This document shows, piece by piece, positions 51,914-64,000 of a stretch of 64,000 bases of DNA. Under the pieces are notes generated by a model. The model saw only the letters and a list, made by a program, of their open reading frames with translations. It ran no database searches and had not been told where the DNA came from. Every line of letters starts with the position of its first letter. The first letter of the stretch is position 1. The DNA comes from Octopus sinensis (lineage: Eukaryota), in the NCBI RefSeq assembly GCF_006345805.1, contig NC_042998.1:173476001-173540000 (forward strand). The letters are read 5' to 3'. The position numbers and the translations under genes were made by a program.

Positions 51914-52259
51914 TTTATCGGTGAGGAGGAGAAAACCTCTTATGAATTAACTCTGAAATTGGAACAAGTACGATAATAACGGAATTTTTTAGAAATTTCT
52001 ATCGGCTTTTTTGAGACGCATAAATTATAATGGTTATTGACAATTTTGTCTATTTTCTACATATTTGTGATTAGCATTTTCTTTTGCCCTTATTTTATAA
52101 GTTATTTATAAATTTAACCTTTAAAAGTATTTTGTAATATACTGGCCATTGATAATATTTTTTTAGAAAAAAATTTATCCTACATTAGATATATATATAA
52201 ATTTACATATATCTTTTGTATATATATCTATACATTTATATATAAATTTATATATATCT

Positions 52260-52306
<47 letters not shown>

Positions 52307-52383
52307 TATATATATCTTATGTATATATATATATCTAGCAGGCAGGGACCAGTGTGCAATGATGCCATTGAGGGGTTGGCTCC

Positions 52384-53238
52384 AAAACACACAGACTCAC
52401 ACTCATACCTCAACTTCTCTTCCTCCCACCCAGAACACACCAAGCATTCCATCCCCTATTCCCAATTCCTCCGTCTACGTAGGCTCTGTAGTGACGACCA
52501 TGACTTTGAGACTCAGTCTCAACTATGGCTCACCACTTCACCCTACGTGGATACCCCCTCACCACTATCCACACCGCCCTTGCCAGAGCACGGTCCGTGG
52601 ACCGTGTATCTGCTCTCTCTCCCCGAACCCGCCCTGTAGTCTCCCGCCTCCCTTTTCCCCTCACTTACCACCCCACGACCCTACGTCTCCAACGCACCAT
52701 TCTTCGAGCTTTCCGTCATCTCCAGTCCGACCCGTCCACTTCACACCTCTTCCCTAACCGACCCCTCCCCTCTTTCAAACGAGCCCACAACCTTCGAGAC
52801 CTTTTGGTCCATAGCTCCTTCCCTGACCCTACCTCCCAACCCGGCTCGTTCCCCTGCTCCCGCCCACGTTGCCGCACTTGCCCTTACCTCTCCACACCAC
52901 CCGCCTCACTAGCACCCACCATCGACCCTATCCCATCATCCACTCCTTCACCTGCACCTCCAGCAATATTATCTATTGCATCTCTTGCTCTCTCTGCAAT
53001 TCCTTGTACATCGGACAAACGGGACGCCGCTTGGCTGACCGGTTCGCGGAACACCTTCGTGACATCCACCTTGCGAACGACACACCGGTCTCACGCCATT
53101 TCCGCTCCACCGGTCACTCCTTGCAACACCTATCTGTGTTCGGTTTGTCCTTACACAGAGGCCATCCGGATTCCCGTTTGCGCCGTGAACAGGAATTAAT
53201 CTTCTCTCTTCGCTCTTATACGCCATTTGGTCTCAACT
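52384..53238 (+). pseudogene. Penelope RT C-terminus plus GIY-YIG endonuclease, two frameshifts
   Basis: KHTDSHSYL..SSHP..KHSIPYSQFLRLRRLCS; LPFPLTYHP; CSRPRCRTC; FTCTSSNIIYCISC..C..LYIGQTGRRLADRFAEH..HF...REQELIF.L...P.GLN. Confidence 0.9.
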
Positions 53239-54043
53239 CTCCCCCCTCCTCATCTAACCCCCCTCTCCCCCCTCCTCACCTATCCTTTCCCCCCGACCCC
53301 TACTTCTTCAGTCCTTCATCCTTTCACCCCTACTCCTCTTCCCTTCTTCCCTCTTTCTCCCTCCCTCCTTCCCTCTTCCCCTTCCCTCTGCTCCCTCACT
53401 CCCCCTCTCCCTCTTTCCTCCTCCCCTCCTCCCCTTCCTTCCCCCCTCCTCTCCTCTTCCCCCTCTCCTCCCCCTCTCCCCCCTCTTCTCCTCACTACAC
53501 CACACGACTTCACACATCACATCATATATGCTGTGCCATACTAATACATACACCAACTAATACATACTAATACGTACTAATACATACTAATACATACTAA
53601 TAAATACACCAACCCTATACATACACACGTCCAGACCCCTCATACGCACTTATACTCTCTCATACACACACACACACTTATACATACTAATACGTACTAA
53701 TACATACTAATACATACTAATACATACACCAACCCCATACATACGCACGTCCACACCAATCCTACGCACTAATACTCTCTCATACACACACACACACACA
53801 CACACCCTTATACATACTAATACATACACCAACCCTATACATACACACGTCCAGACCCCTCCTACGCACTATTAGCTGGTCCTTCAACCATATTATCAAC
53901 CCTATTATCTCCTCTTATTTCGCTCTCGCGTCTCATGTTTGATCTTTGACCTCTGGCCGAAATCAGATCGCCATGTTGATTCGTTAGCCACTGCACGCAT
54001 TTTTTTCTCTCCTTCTTTCTGTGTTTTTTTTTCTCTCTGTGTA

Positions 54044-54081
54044 TCTTTCTGTTGAAGAGCGTAGGCTCGAAACGTTAAAGA
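54044..54081 (+). ncRNA. Minimal type I hammerhead motif with A6-to-U variant core
   Basis: UCUUU-CUGUUGA-A-GAGC-GUAG-GCUC-GAAA-CG-UU^-AAAGA. Helix I has 5 bp. Helix III is loopless, palindrome AACGUU. Confidence 0.55.
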
Positions 54082-54179
54082 CTTGTTTTATTTATATTTC
54101 CTGAGCGCCATACTAATACAATTGTTCGTTTGTTTTCCACCTGCCTTCGTCTTTTGTCTATTTTCATAAAGCTTCCCGT

Positions 54180-54210
<31 letters not shown>

Positions 54211-54553
54211 TATGTATATGCATATATATGAGTGTGTATGCGTGGCATGAAATATGAATATATCGATTAAAAATCTTTTCAACGTATTTCTTTTCATTCC
54301 AATTTTTCAATGTTTCCATCTCAACCAATACTTGTCGCAGCTTCTGCTTCCATCACCGTTCGTTTACCCCCTCTCTCTCCCTCTATCTGTCCATGTATTT
54401 CTTTGTGTGTTCCAAGATCACAATAACAGAGTTCTCAGGAATTTCAGATAGCTTCGCCTGTATACATTGTGTGTGTGCGCGCACACACACATATACACAT
54501 ATATATGTGGGGGTTTATGTCTATGTGTGTGTGTGTTTATGTGTGTATATAGG

Positions 54554-57500
54554 TGTTGTATAGTGAAACACTATACCCCTTCCGGGAAAACGTGGTGGGA
54601 ATCAGCCTTTATAAATAGACCGATAGCTGGTCGTCAAGACAGCGTCGAGAGTCGAAGTTTTCTAGGCTGTATCTTGTGGAGCTATCAACGATAGTAAGAG
54701 TGAAAACGTTAGTGTATTACTATTGCTGTACGATGAGATACAACGGTATCCGATGACTGGTAACTATTGTGGTTACTAGCGTAAAACAGCAACTACAATA
54801 CAACAAAAATTACTTACGAAAAAGTAAACTTACGAAAATCGTAAAATATGGAAGACCTGTTAGCTGGGGTATTTGAGTTGCAAAAACAGCAAAAACAACT
54901 ACAACACAAGGAACATCGAGAACAAGAACAAGAATTACAGCAGCAAATGTTACAACTAGTGCAAACCGGAGGATGCATTTTCGTCTGACCATGTAGCAAA
55001 TTCGATAAGCAAATTCAAATATGACCACGAAGAAGGAGTAACCTTCGAGACTTACTGTCAAAGATTTGAACAAATTTTTGAAAAGGAATATCAGGATTGG
55101 GCGAACGAAATGAAAATGCGTCTAGTTTTGAGAAAACTGGCGACAGCAGAACATGAGAAGTATAGTAAATTCATATTGCCAAAGAAAGCGTCGACATAAT
55201 TTTCTCCGGTAGATTTGACATTTTGTGCAATATGTTTACTGAGAAGAGCTGACTGCTCCAAACTAGATGGAAATGTTTAAACATAGAAAAGAGTGAAGAT
55301 AAAGACTTCACTACTTACACAAGCAGAGTCAACAGAGAATGTGAGAGATTTAGCCTGGGTATGCTTACTCCAGATTCTTTCAAGCAAGTGCATGATTTCT
55401 GCACAAAGATTCACAGATAAAAGGGGTGCAGAAATCTGAACTAGAATTCTAATAAAACTGGAAATGAACCAGAATCTGATATTGCAGAAACTGTTGGAAA
55501 AATGTGACATGATGTTGAAGAAAGGCACGACACGGAAGAAATTCAACGGCGTGTTTTCACATAATACCATTGCAAGAAATCGGAAGGTAAATAAAGTGTT
55601 ACAGAAAAACAGAAAAAATATCGGGATGTAAACCCATATATGGCATGGGTGGGATGCACCTGAAAAAAGATTGTCCGTATAATAAAAGCGAAGGTGTTTT
55701 TGCTGTTGGTTTACAGGACATATAAAATTGCACTAAAAAACTAGAATGATAAGAAAATGGAACAAACAAGAAATGTAAATAGTTTGTCAGCAGGAAAAGG
55801 TGTGACTACAAGAAACAGAAAAATCGTGAATGTGAGAATTGAAACGATTAGTGTCGGAGTGAATTTGACACGGGGAATGACATCACATTCATACATCAGA
55901 AAACATGGGAAGAAATGGGTAAACCAAAATTATATAGTCTAAACAAAATAGCGTATGGTGTTACGGGAAGAAAATTATATTTCACGGATGAATGTGTGTG
56001 TAATATAAAGTTCAAAGATCGATACAAAAAATGAATGTTTATGCGTTGAAAACTCCATGAATTTATTTGGCACCGAATGTAAGGAGAAATTAAAATTATT
56101 GATACACTCATAAGCGCTTTGTGCAATATGTAAACGGAGTAGTCAAACGATCGAACGGGGTCGATGAACTGAAACAAAAAAAGGGAACTGGAACGTCGTG
56201 CATAAACTTTTAGTAACTTTGGAAGAACTAAAAAGAAATGCGATGAAAAATTTATTAATGAGACAAAAAGAAAACTGTGGTCGACAAAAGGAAATAATGA
56301 AAGGTCTGATGCAAAGAAACGCGAAGGTGTGAGCGTGTACTCTATATGTGATGGTGTACTAATGCATGCTCAGAGGGAGGGGGGTCATACCATAGACGTT
56401 ACTAAAGAGAATGCTAAAAGAGTTCTACGTGGGGCTCTCAGCCATCTCTAGAATGAAAGTGCTAATGCGAAATTTCGTATACTGGCCAAGCATGGACAAG
56501 GAAATTTAAAACCAGGTAAAAGGCTGCAGAGGACGTACGCTGGTAGCAAAACTACCTACTCCAAAATGTGAACCTTGGCCGGAAGCGAAAATACCATAGT
56601 CCTGATTGCATATCGACTTTGCAGGCCCGGTAAATAGATATTATTATTTTATAGTACTGGATAGCTACACAAAATGGCCTTATGCCGCGTGGTGTAAACG
56701 ATCAACCTCATACATGGGAATAAACTTCTTACACGAGCTGTTCGAAAGATTTGGTGTACCGGATATAATTGTCTCTGATAACGGAACACAGTTTGTACCC
56801 CGTGAGTTTAGAAGATTCAGTAGGATGTTCACGTTAGAACATAGAAATTTAGCGCCGTATACCCTAAATCGAATAGAAAAGCCGAAGGGTTCGTAGACAC
56901 TTTTCAGGGAGCTTTAAAGAAAGCTAATAAGGAAACCACGGACGAGGTCACGATCCAACAATTCTTAAGGGTATACAGGGTAACTCCGAACCCAAATGCA
57001 CCGAAGGAAGTTCGCTAGCAGAATTAGCGTTTGCCAGAAATGTGAAGTCAGTATTCGATAAACTGTTACCAATGGAGAAAAAAGTACACGCTAATTAAGA
57101 CATGCCAAAATGCTTTAGGATCGGTGATAAGGTACATGTATGAATATACACAAATGGCAAGCAATACTGAGAAGAAGGAGAAATTGTAGCGTAGGAAGCA
57201 GAAATGGAATGGAGACATAGAAATCAACTTAAGGAAAGAGTTGCAGAAAAAGAACCAACAAGAATAGAAATACCGATGGATTGGTTATATGACACTTTTC
57301 AGGTTCCAACACCGTTACAAGAAGTCGAAACCACGCGTACAAAAAAGAGGGAGTACACTGAATTCCTAAATTTAGACCCTAAGAAGAAACGTTATTGAGT
57401 ATATAAAAAGAACACTGTTGGTGGGGTAAATAAAAGAAATCGATTGTTAAATAAAATAATTAAAACAGATGTTGTAATGTGAAACTGCAAACCACAACAG

Positions 57501-57687
57501 GTAAAATGTGGTAGGAACCAGTGATTATAAATTTACTAGTAGCCGGCCGTCAAGACAGGGTCGAAAGTCAAAAAGTTAAGAGTCCACAGTTCTAGTCGGT
57601 GCCTTGTGGAGCTATCAGCGATAGTAAGACATTTGACGTTAGTGTATTACTATTCCGGTACGAAGAGAGGCAGCGGTATCAACAACA
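54554..57687 (+). mobile_element. Old, internally deleted Ty3/Gypsy (K02A2.6/Mag-like) LTR retrotransposon
   Basis: Diverged LTRs at about 54554-54756 and 57470-57687 (TGTTG...CAACA). gag KFKYDHEEGVTFETYCQRFEQIF..RLVLRKL..HEKY..ILPK near 55010-55190. Integrase present, no RT seen. Confidence 0.8.
56420..57060 (+). pseudogene. Gypsy integrase remnant
   Basis: RMKVLMRNFVYWP, HIDFAGP...IVLDSYTKWP, LFERFGVPDIIVSDNGTQF. Confidence 0.85.
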
Positions 57688-58687
57688 AAGTTCAACGGCA
57701 GCCACACTTCACAGCAGTGGGAGAAACTCACTTTAAAACAGTATTTACACATATATACGTGTGTTTGTGTGAGTGCGTGATATTTTTAACATATGGCCTA
57801 AAAGTGCACTTTGAAGAACTTTTATTTCTGTAAATAAATAGCGAAGAAGAGTATGAGAGAGACAGAGAAGGAAGAAACAGTACACAAAAGAAGTAGTGAT
57901 AGAGAATAAAGGTAATAGGCAAAGAAAGAATAAATATGAATAATGTAGTGTAATAGGAAATGTAAAAATAACTTAGCTTTACCGAAATAAACTTTTCAAA
58001 ATAGCTTATAATGAAAGGCTGCATTTTTCATTACACGACGCTATTGAGGGATAGCTGTGATATAACTTATTACCTTGAAATACGTAGAAGTGTTAATTAG
58101 AAACAAAATGGCACTAATGAGACAAAAAATATACTTTTACTTAACGTAGATGAATTAATGAAGGTAGAATTGTTGAAGCGATCAGCGTTTTTATTAAGCA
58201 AAACAGCCTTTACATAACATACACAAAATACAATTATGCCATGAACAATATCAGGGAAGTAGTAAAAGATCGAAAGGAAGAAGGTTTTTCTTTTTGCTCT
58301 GTAATCGGAATCATTGGTGTTCAAACACAGAAGGCCGAAAACTATTTTCGGAAAAGAGAGGAAACAAGATAAAATGAAAACGGGATTCAAAAAAATGTGC
58401 TGCGAATCGTTTCTTTATTTCAAATCAATTACTCGTTCCGGTAAATTAGAATATCAGGTTACTTTTTTGGCTTCACCGCACATTAATGCTGGCCCCTATC
58501 GTACATTACACCGGACGCCTGTTATTTACATTATTTATAAATATGTGTTTGTAAGAATATAGGTATATATACATATGTGTATGTATGCATTTATGTATAT
58601 GTAGTGTACGCGTGTATGTATATATTTACACATTGTTTTCCTCCGAAAAACAAGTAAAGTATAAATATATAAAACATTATTAGAAAT

Positions 58688-59835
58688 CAATAACAAATCT
58701 CTGAGCGAGATATAAACAGTAACTGCTCTATAACATAAGGCGGATCAGCCATCTGAATGTGGCTAGGGTCAGGGCGGGGTGGTGGGGGTGTTACTGATGC
58801 ATTTAGCCCCAGGCGAACATCAACGTCACCAGAAGAGCTGACACCATCTCGGTGTCCTTGCCAGCTTGCAAAGGGAGATCAGCCTCCCCGAAGATACGGA
58901 TACTACACACGGCCCGGTTTCGAGGTTATTGCCTCTTGTCAACGTATGGTAAGCACCGCTCTTCGTTGAGGGACTCTCTCTACAGGCTGGATATATAGAT
59001 TTTCATAGTAACCACAGTCACTGGCGTAGAAAATCCGTTCGAAAACAATAACAAATCTCTGAGCGAGATATAAACAGTAACTGCTCTATAACATAAGGGG
59101 GATCAGCCATCTGAATGTGGCTAGGGTCAGGGCGGGGTGGTGGGGGTGTTACTGATACACTCTCTCGTTGAGGGACTCTCTCTACAGGCTGGATATATAG
59201 ATTTTCACAGTAACCACAGTCACTGGCGTAGAAAATCCTCCCTCAACGAAGAGCGGTGCTTACCATACGTTGACAAGAGGCAATAACCTCGAAATCGGTC
59301 CGTGTGTAGTATCCGTATCTTCGGGGAGGCTGATCTCCCTTTGCAAGCTGGCAAGGACACCGAGATGGTGTCAGCTCTTCTGGTGACGTTGATGTTTGCC
59401 TGGGGCTAAATGCATCAGTAACACCCCCACCACCCCGCCCTGACCCTAGCCACATTCAGATGGCTGATCCGCCTTATGTTATAGAGCAGTTACTGTTTAT
59501 ATCCCGCTCAGAGATTTGTTATTGTTTTCGAACGGATTTTCTACGCCAGTGACTGTGATTACTGTGAAAATCTATATATCCAGCCTGTAGAGAGAGTCCC
59601 TCAACGAAGAGCGGTGCTTACCATACGTTGACAAGAGGCAATAACCTTGAAACCGGTCCGCGTGTAGTATCCGTATCTTCGGGGAGGCTGATCTCCCTTT
59701 GCAAGCTGGCAAGGACACCGAGATGGTGTCAGCTCTTCTGGTGACGTTGATGTTCGCCTGGGGCTAAATGCATCAGTAACACACCCACCACCCCGCCCTG
59801 ACCCTAGCCACATTCAGATGGCTGATCCACCTTAT
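58688..59835. mobile_element. 358-bp tandem, head-to-head hammerhead array (retrozyme-like) flanked by a 12-bp direct repeat
   Basis: Left segment 58688-59238 (1 unit plus a deleted partial) and inverted right segment 59239-59835 (1.7 units). ATTATTAGAAAT at 58676-58687 and 59836-59847. Confidence 0.9.
59265..59305 (+). ncRNA. Type I hammerhead motif with U3:A8 core (also 59623-59663 on + and 58907-58947 on -)
   Basis: Consensus AUACG-UUGACAA-GAGG-CAAUAA-CCUC-GAAA-C-CG-G-UC^-CGUGU. Confidence 0.75.
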
Positions 59836-60437
59836 ATTATTAGAAATGTTTTTCATTAACTCTCATGTAACTTATTCACTAGTTTAACAACGCATTTTCT
59901 TTCATTGTTCTGTGCATGTGTATATGTGTGTATATGTATGTGTCGTATTCTAATTTTCCCCAGTAATTATCTCTGTTAATTTTTGGCACTTCACATAAGG
60001 TTGGTAAGCGTCTGATCAGTTTTCATTTACACCATATTAACCACTTTTGTTGTACCATGTGATGTAAATTGCTACATTGTGATTTGTGGTGTCTGAAATC
60101 CTGTATATTCATTCTTTGGGTGTTTGTGTTATGTCGCACGTTCGGATGCCTTCTATATCTCTTATTATAGGCATATAGCCTGCAAACATAGAATGGACGT
60201 TACAAGTACATACAACACAAAATTTAGGGTACATATAATGAATGATGAATATAAAATGAGTTATTTGTAATGGAGAAATGGAATGGCTTACGAGCCCCCC
60301 AAAGCTCGCAGTTTCATTTTACAGTTCTATACAGTGTGTAATCGGTTTTATTTATCTGTCTGTTATATGTTCTATTATGTCCTCCAGCCCAATCATGTTG
60401 GCCAAATTTTCCTGAACATATATATTACATGCTTTGT

Positions 60438-60758
60438 GAGGGCGCGTGGCTTAGTGGTTAGGGCATTCGGCTCATGATCGTAAGGTTGTGAGTTCGATTC
60501 CCGGCGACGCGTTGTGTCCTTGAGCAAGACACTTTATTTCACGTTGCTCCAGTCCACTCAGCTGGCAAAAATGAGTTGTACTTGTATTTCAAAGGGTCAG
60601 CCTTGTCACTCTCTGTATCACGCTGATTATCCCCGAGAACTACGTTAAGGGTACACGTGTCTGTGGAATGCTCAGCCATTTGCACGTTAATTTCACGAGC
60701 AAGCTGTTCCGTTGATCGTATCAGCTGGGACCCTCGTCGTCGTAACCGGCGGAGTCTT
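60438..60758 (+). mobile_element. tRNA-derived SINE family C
   Basis: gagggcgcgtggcttagtggttagg...gagttcgattccc A/B-box-like head and tgtgtccttgagcaagacactt core. Confidence 0.8.
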
Positions 60759-60799
60759 TAAGATATATTATATGCTTTAACCCTGTCTTTGAATGTCTC

Positions 60800-62150
60800 T
60801 ACTAGTTTTTCCATTTTCTCTATTTCCACTAATACTGCTCTATTGCTTGGTTCAAACATGTCCTGTTCTAATTTTATTCTTATCAAACCTCTTGTTTTTG
60901 GTTAACCTTTTCTCTATTTCTATATTCTTATGGTAGAATATCAACGTTCTTAAATTTTGTCCCGAAGGTCGTCCTGCTCGCTTTACATAATCCAATCTCT
61001 GTGCCACTCTCCTCCTCCATTCATCGATTTTCGCTTTTCTACCTTTATTTTCTTCACCCATTGTTATTGTCTCCGGTTCCTGAGTTCGAATCTCTCTACT
61101 TTCTTTTTCACTTACTGTTGTCTTTTTTTCCTCTTTACCTGCTTTTCTTTTCTTATCGCTTTTTTGGTGGTGACTCCATACTCGTTCTCTTTCTTTCTAC
61201 CGTTATTTCTTCTTCCCTTTTCTCTTCCTCTATTTCTTCTTCCTCCTCTCTCGCTGCGTCGCTGCACATTTCCATCTCTTCCTCCTGCAATTCTCTTAGA
61301 GGACACTTTGCTTGCATATGTCCCCTACTTTTATATGTGTAACATATTGGTGGTCTCCTCTGCACCACGTCTCTCAGTCGGGTTTCGTCGGGGAGCAACA
61401 ACTCCTCTGAATGTTGTGTAAGTCCGACAGGGTTATGTGTAACAACGCTTCTACACCATAACCCCACCAGTTGATATCTCTTAACTTTTCCACTTTGAGG
61501 ATATCCACCTCTTCTCCACAACTGCATATCATGGCTGCCACCAGCCCTTCTACATCCATCTCCGGTGGCACTTTTCCAATCCTCGCTTTCGCAGCTCGCT
61601 TCCTGCAACATATAGGTAGAAGCACCCACCCAGCCGCTCTCAAGGCCGCAGTGACGCGTCTTCCAGCTTCCTCCTCACTTCCGAAACGTACCTACACAAC
61701 AGCGCACCTCCCTCCTCCTGTGCAGAAGGCAGTCCTGTCTTTCATCTCTGCCAGACACTCCTCGACGTCATCCATCTCTGCCACTTCCATCCTTATCGCG
61801 GCTACACTACACGTTCTGTAGACGATGACCCCTCTACAGCGTCCCTCGGCGGTGCAATTCGAAGGCAATCTTCCTCCCTCCCGAAACCCTCAAAACACTT
61901 TTTCAGATGTTTCCCCTCAATCACAATCTCCCCCAACTGCATCGTGTCGGCAGACAGGCTCACGCCCGCCGCTCCCACGCAACTCGCAGCTTGCACACTC
62001 AACAGTTGGCAGCAACAAAACAATTTTCAAAAATTCGACAACAACAACCTTCAACAACAAAACTTGAATAACTGGCAAAATCAAAACGCCAACTCAAAAA
62101 ACACACCTGCAACGTTCGAATGCCTTCCACTGTATTCTCTTCTTCCCTAG
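60800..62150 (-). mobile_element. Decayed LINE ORF1-like region (RRM-like segment plus zinc knuckle)
   Basis: VRFGSEEEA, KARIGKVPPE and RRPPICYTYKSRGHMQAKCP followed by an acidic tract. Frameshifted. Confidence 0.5.
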
Positions 62151-62294
62151 TCTACCTTGACGTCTAGACTTCTATATCTACGTATTGGGCTAGCCTACTT
62201 CATCGTCTAGGGGCGTCCACACAACATTTTGCAAACTAGATTCGAAACTAATAGCAACGGCTTTCATGTTCTGAACTATAATGTATTTATGTAA

Positions 62295-63967
62295 CTAGTA
62301 GCAGAGATACCCGGCGTTGCCCGTGTTACATGCAATACAAGAATTAGACATTTCTGTTATATTTTCTGTAATGAAGTGGAATACCTATGTTTCGAATTTC
62401 ATCAAAATTGCAGATGAGTGTTATTTCCCTCTTTACACACCCTAAAAAAATTGTAAACGTGCCACATGCATCCCATACTACTGATTTTTATGCGCATATT
62501 CCAAAATTCCAGTTTTATAGAACCTGTTAAAAGGATTTTGCTCCTGAAAAATGGAGGCCATGGAGCTCTAAAATGTGAGAGGTAAGGCCCCTATTGGAGG
62601 TGGGTGTCTTAATGCAACCAGAGAAGCTGAATCGTTGAGAATCTTTTAAACTTGGGTCTTATATCTATTGTTTGAATTTCTTTGAAATAGGAAATATATG
62701 TTCAGTGGGTTTGTAAAAGAGAACAAAGCTACAGGAAGCCAAAAGACGAATGATCACAATAAGCAGTCAGCTACCCTACCCTAGTCGTTACCACTCCTAA
62801 TGTAGGATTCCTCACAGCTGTAAGATACGTTGCGAATCTATACCAATTGGAAAGGGCGTGTCCCAACTGAAATGAACATTAACAACTGTGTAACGTGAGG
62901 GCTAAGGAGAAATGAAAGTGTCACCTCTGGAGTTTGCAAATGACCACTATACTGGTACGTAACTGGACAGAATAAATTTACAATCTATAAATATTTTTGA
63001 ATAACCAGTCACTCACCTGGGAAGGCCTTGAAATCAATGTTACCATCTGGGGGACTATGTGTGAACCAGTGATAATAAAAAGACTGAAAGGAGGTCTGCA
63101 CTCAAATAACTTTACTCAACACTTTGCAACCGAATCAGTGGAGGCAAAGATGCCTCTCATTTACTTCACAATTTATGCACCACATTGCAGAAATCACAAT
63201 GTATGTGTATGTCAAAGCGAACTCTTACACTGTTGTACAATTGAATTACAAATAATGGTCATCTTTTATGCTCGGGTGACCCTACAGCTTCCAAGAGTAC
63301 AATTGTATTCGTCTTGCTTAGATAAAATGACTAAATTGTGGGTGTTACATCCCCACGAAGGAGTCTTTCTAACTTGTGAGATGAAATTTTACAAATATAA
63401 CTTCATTTGTGTTTAATATCTATGGTTAAGATTTCATCAACAGCAACAATATATGAATTGCCATGGGGGTTGTGGCCCTTATGCGTAGAATATAATTTCC
63501 AAATTTCGTAAAGATCCATTCAGTACTTTTGACCTAGTTTTGGATCATAAAAGAAATGAATAAAATTTAGGAGTTAAGGCCCCCATTAAAGTGTCTTAGG
63601 ATCCTCATGTGAAGTGGAAACTTTGAGAATACTTCTTGGTGTGTGTCAATTACCCATGGTTGAAATTTCATCAACATCGAAGACTTATGAATTTTCAAGG
63701 AAGTTCTGCCCCCCCCCCCCTTAAGCCATCTGAAATTCAAACGAATCATATTGCATCATGCACGCCTTGTGCATTGAATCTAAGTTTCAAATATCATAAG
63801 CATCCATTCAGTAAGTTTGGTCCATGAAATTGTATGAAACACACAGCATTACTCTTCTCCCTATGCTTGTATTTTTGTTCCAAATTTCATTATGATCGGT
63901 GCAGGAGTTTTCGAATGTATAAGTAACACACGAACACGCATAAAGACATTGACTTTGATATAATAGA
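62295..63967 (-). mobile_element. Non-autonomous Helitron (1673 bp)
   Basis: Minus strand: 5' TCTATTATATCAAAG; 3' hairpin cacgggcaacgccgggt then CTAG; A|T insertion site; internal aaatttcatcaa-type repeats. Confidence 0.8.
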
Positions 63968-64000
63968 TATTAATATGCACATATACATACGTATATATAT

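Larger units (their letters stand above)
52384..54180 (+). mobile_element. 5'-truncated Penelope-like element (GIY-YIG type) with low-complexity 3' region and hammerhead pseudo-LTR
   Basis: RT thumb plus GIY-YIG coding remnant, CT-rich tract, ACTAATACAT minisatellite, hammerhead at 54044-54081, ending in (TA)n. Confidence 0.85.

Noticed and set aside
54549-57692. Target-site duplication for the Gypsy element
   Set aside because: The flanks ATAGG and AAGTT do not match, so the element boundaries are approximate.
58757-58969. Recurrent 70-aa ORF (MWLGSGRGGGG...) in the 358-bp unit
   Set aside because: It is antisense to the hammerhead strand, has no homology I recognise, and recurs only because the unit is repeated.

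Overview
This is AT-rich, microsatellite-dense animal genomic DNA. The SINE families suggest an octopus or another coleoid cephalopod, which is an inference from family recognition rather than a database hit. No intact host gene is evident; only two isolated candidate exons were seen. The window is mostly decayed mobile DNA: R4/Dong-like LINE pieces sitting in (TAA)n tracts, a 5'-truncated Penelope (GIY-YIG) element, two Ty3/Gypsy relics, a full-length irritans-type mariner, a Merlin relic, three non-autonomous Helitrons and three SINE families. The main unexplained signal is a set of non-coding repeats carrying type I hammerhead ribozyme motifs with minimal palindromic helix III. They are: (i) a 358-bp tandem unit with a compensatory U3:A8 core, inserted as a head-to-head array between 12-bp direct repeats (58.7-59.8 kb); (ii) a ~543-bp tandem unit with 7 hammerhead motifs in the same head-to-head geometry (27.7-31.7 kb); (iii) a 342-bp structural sister of the 358-bp unit (50.7-51.2 kb); (iv) a canonical hammerhead with a branched helix II (27.46-27.54 kb); and (v) Penelope pseudo-LTR hammerheads. 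Together these look like a retrozyme / Penelope-parasite system, possibly with circular RNA intermediates. All structures were paired by eye; no folding, alignment or search was run, and most element boundaries are approximate.
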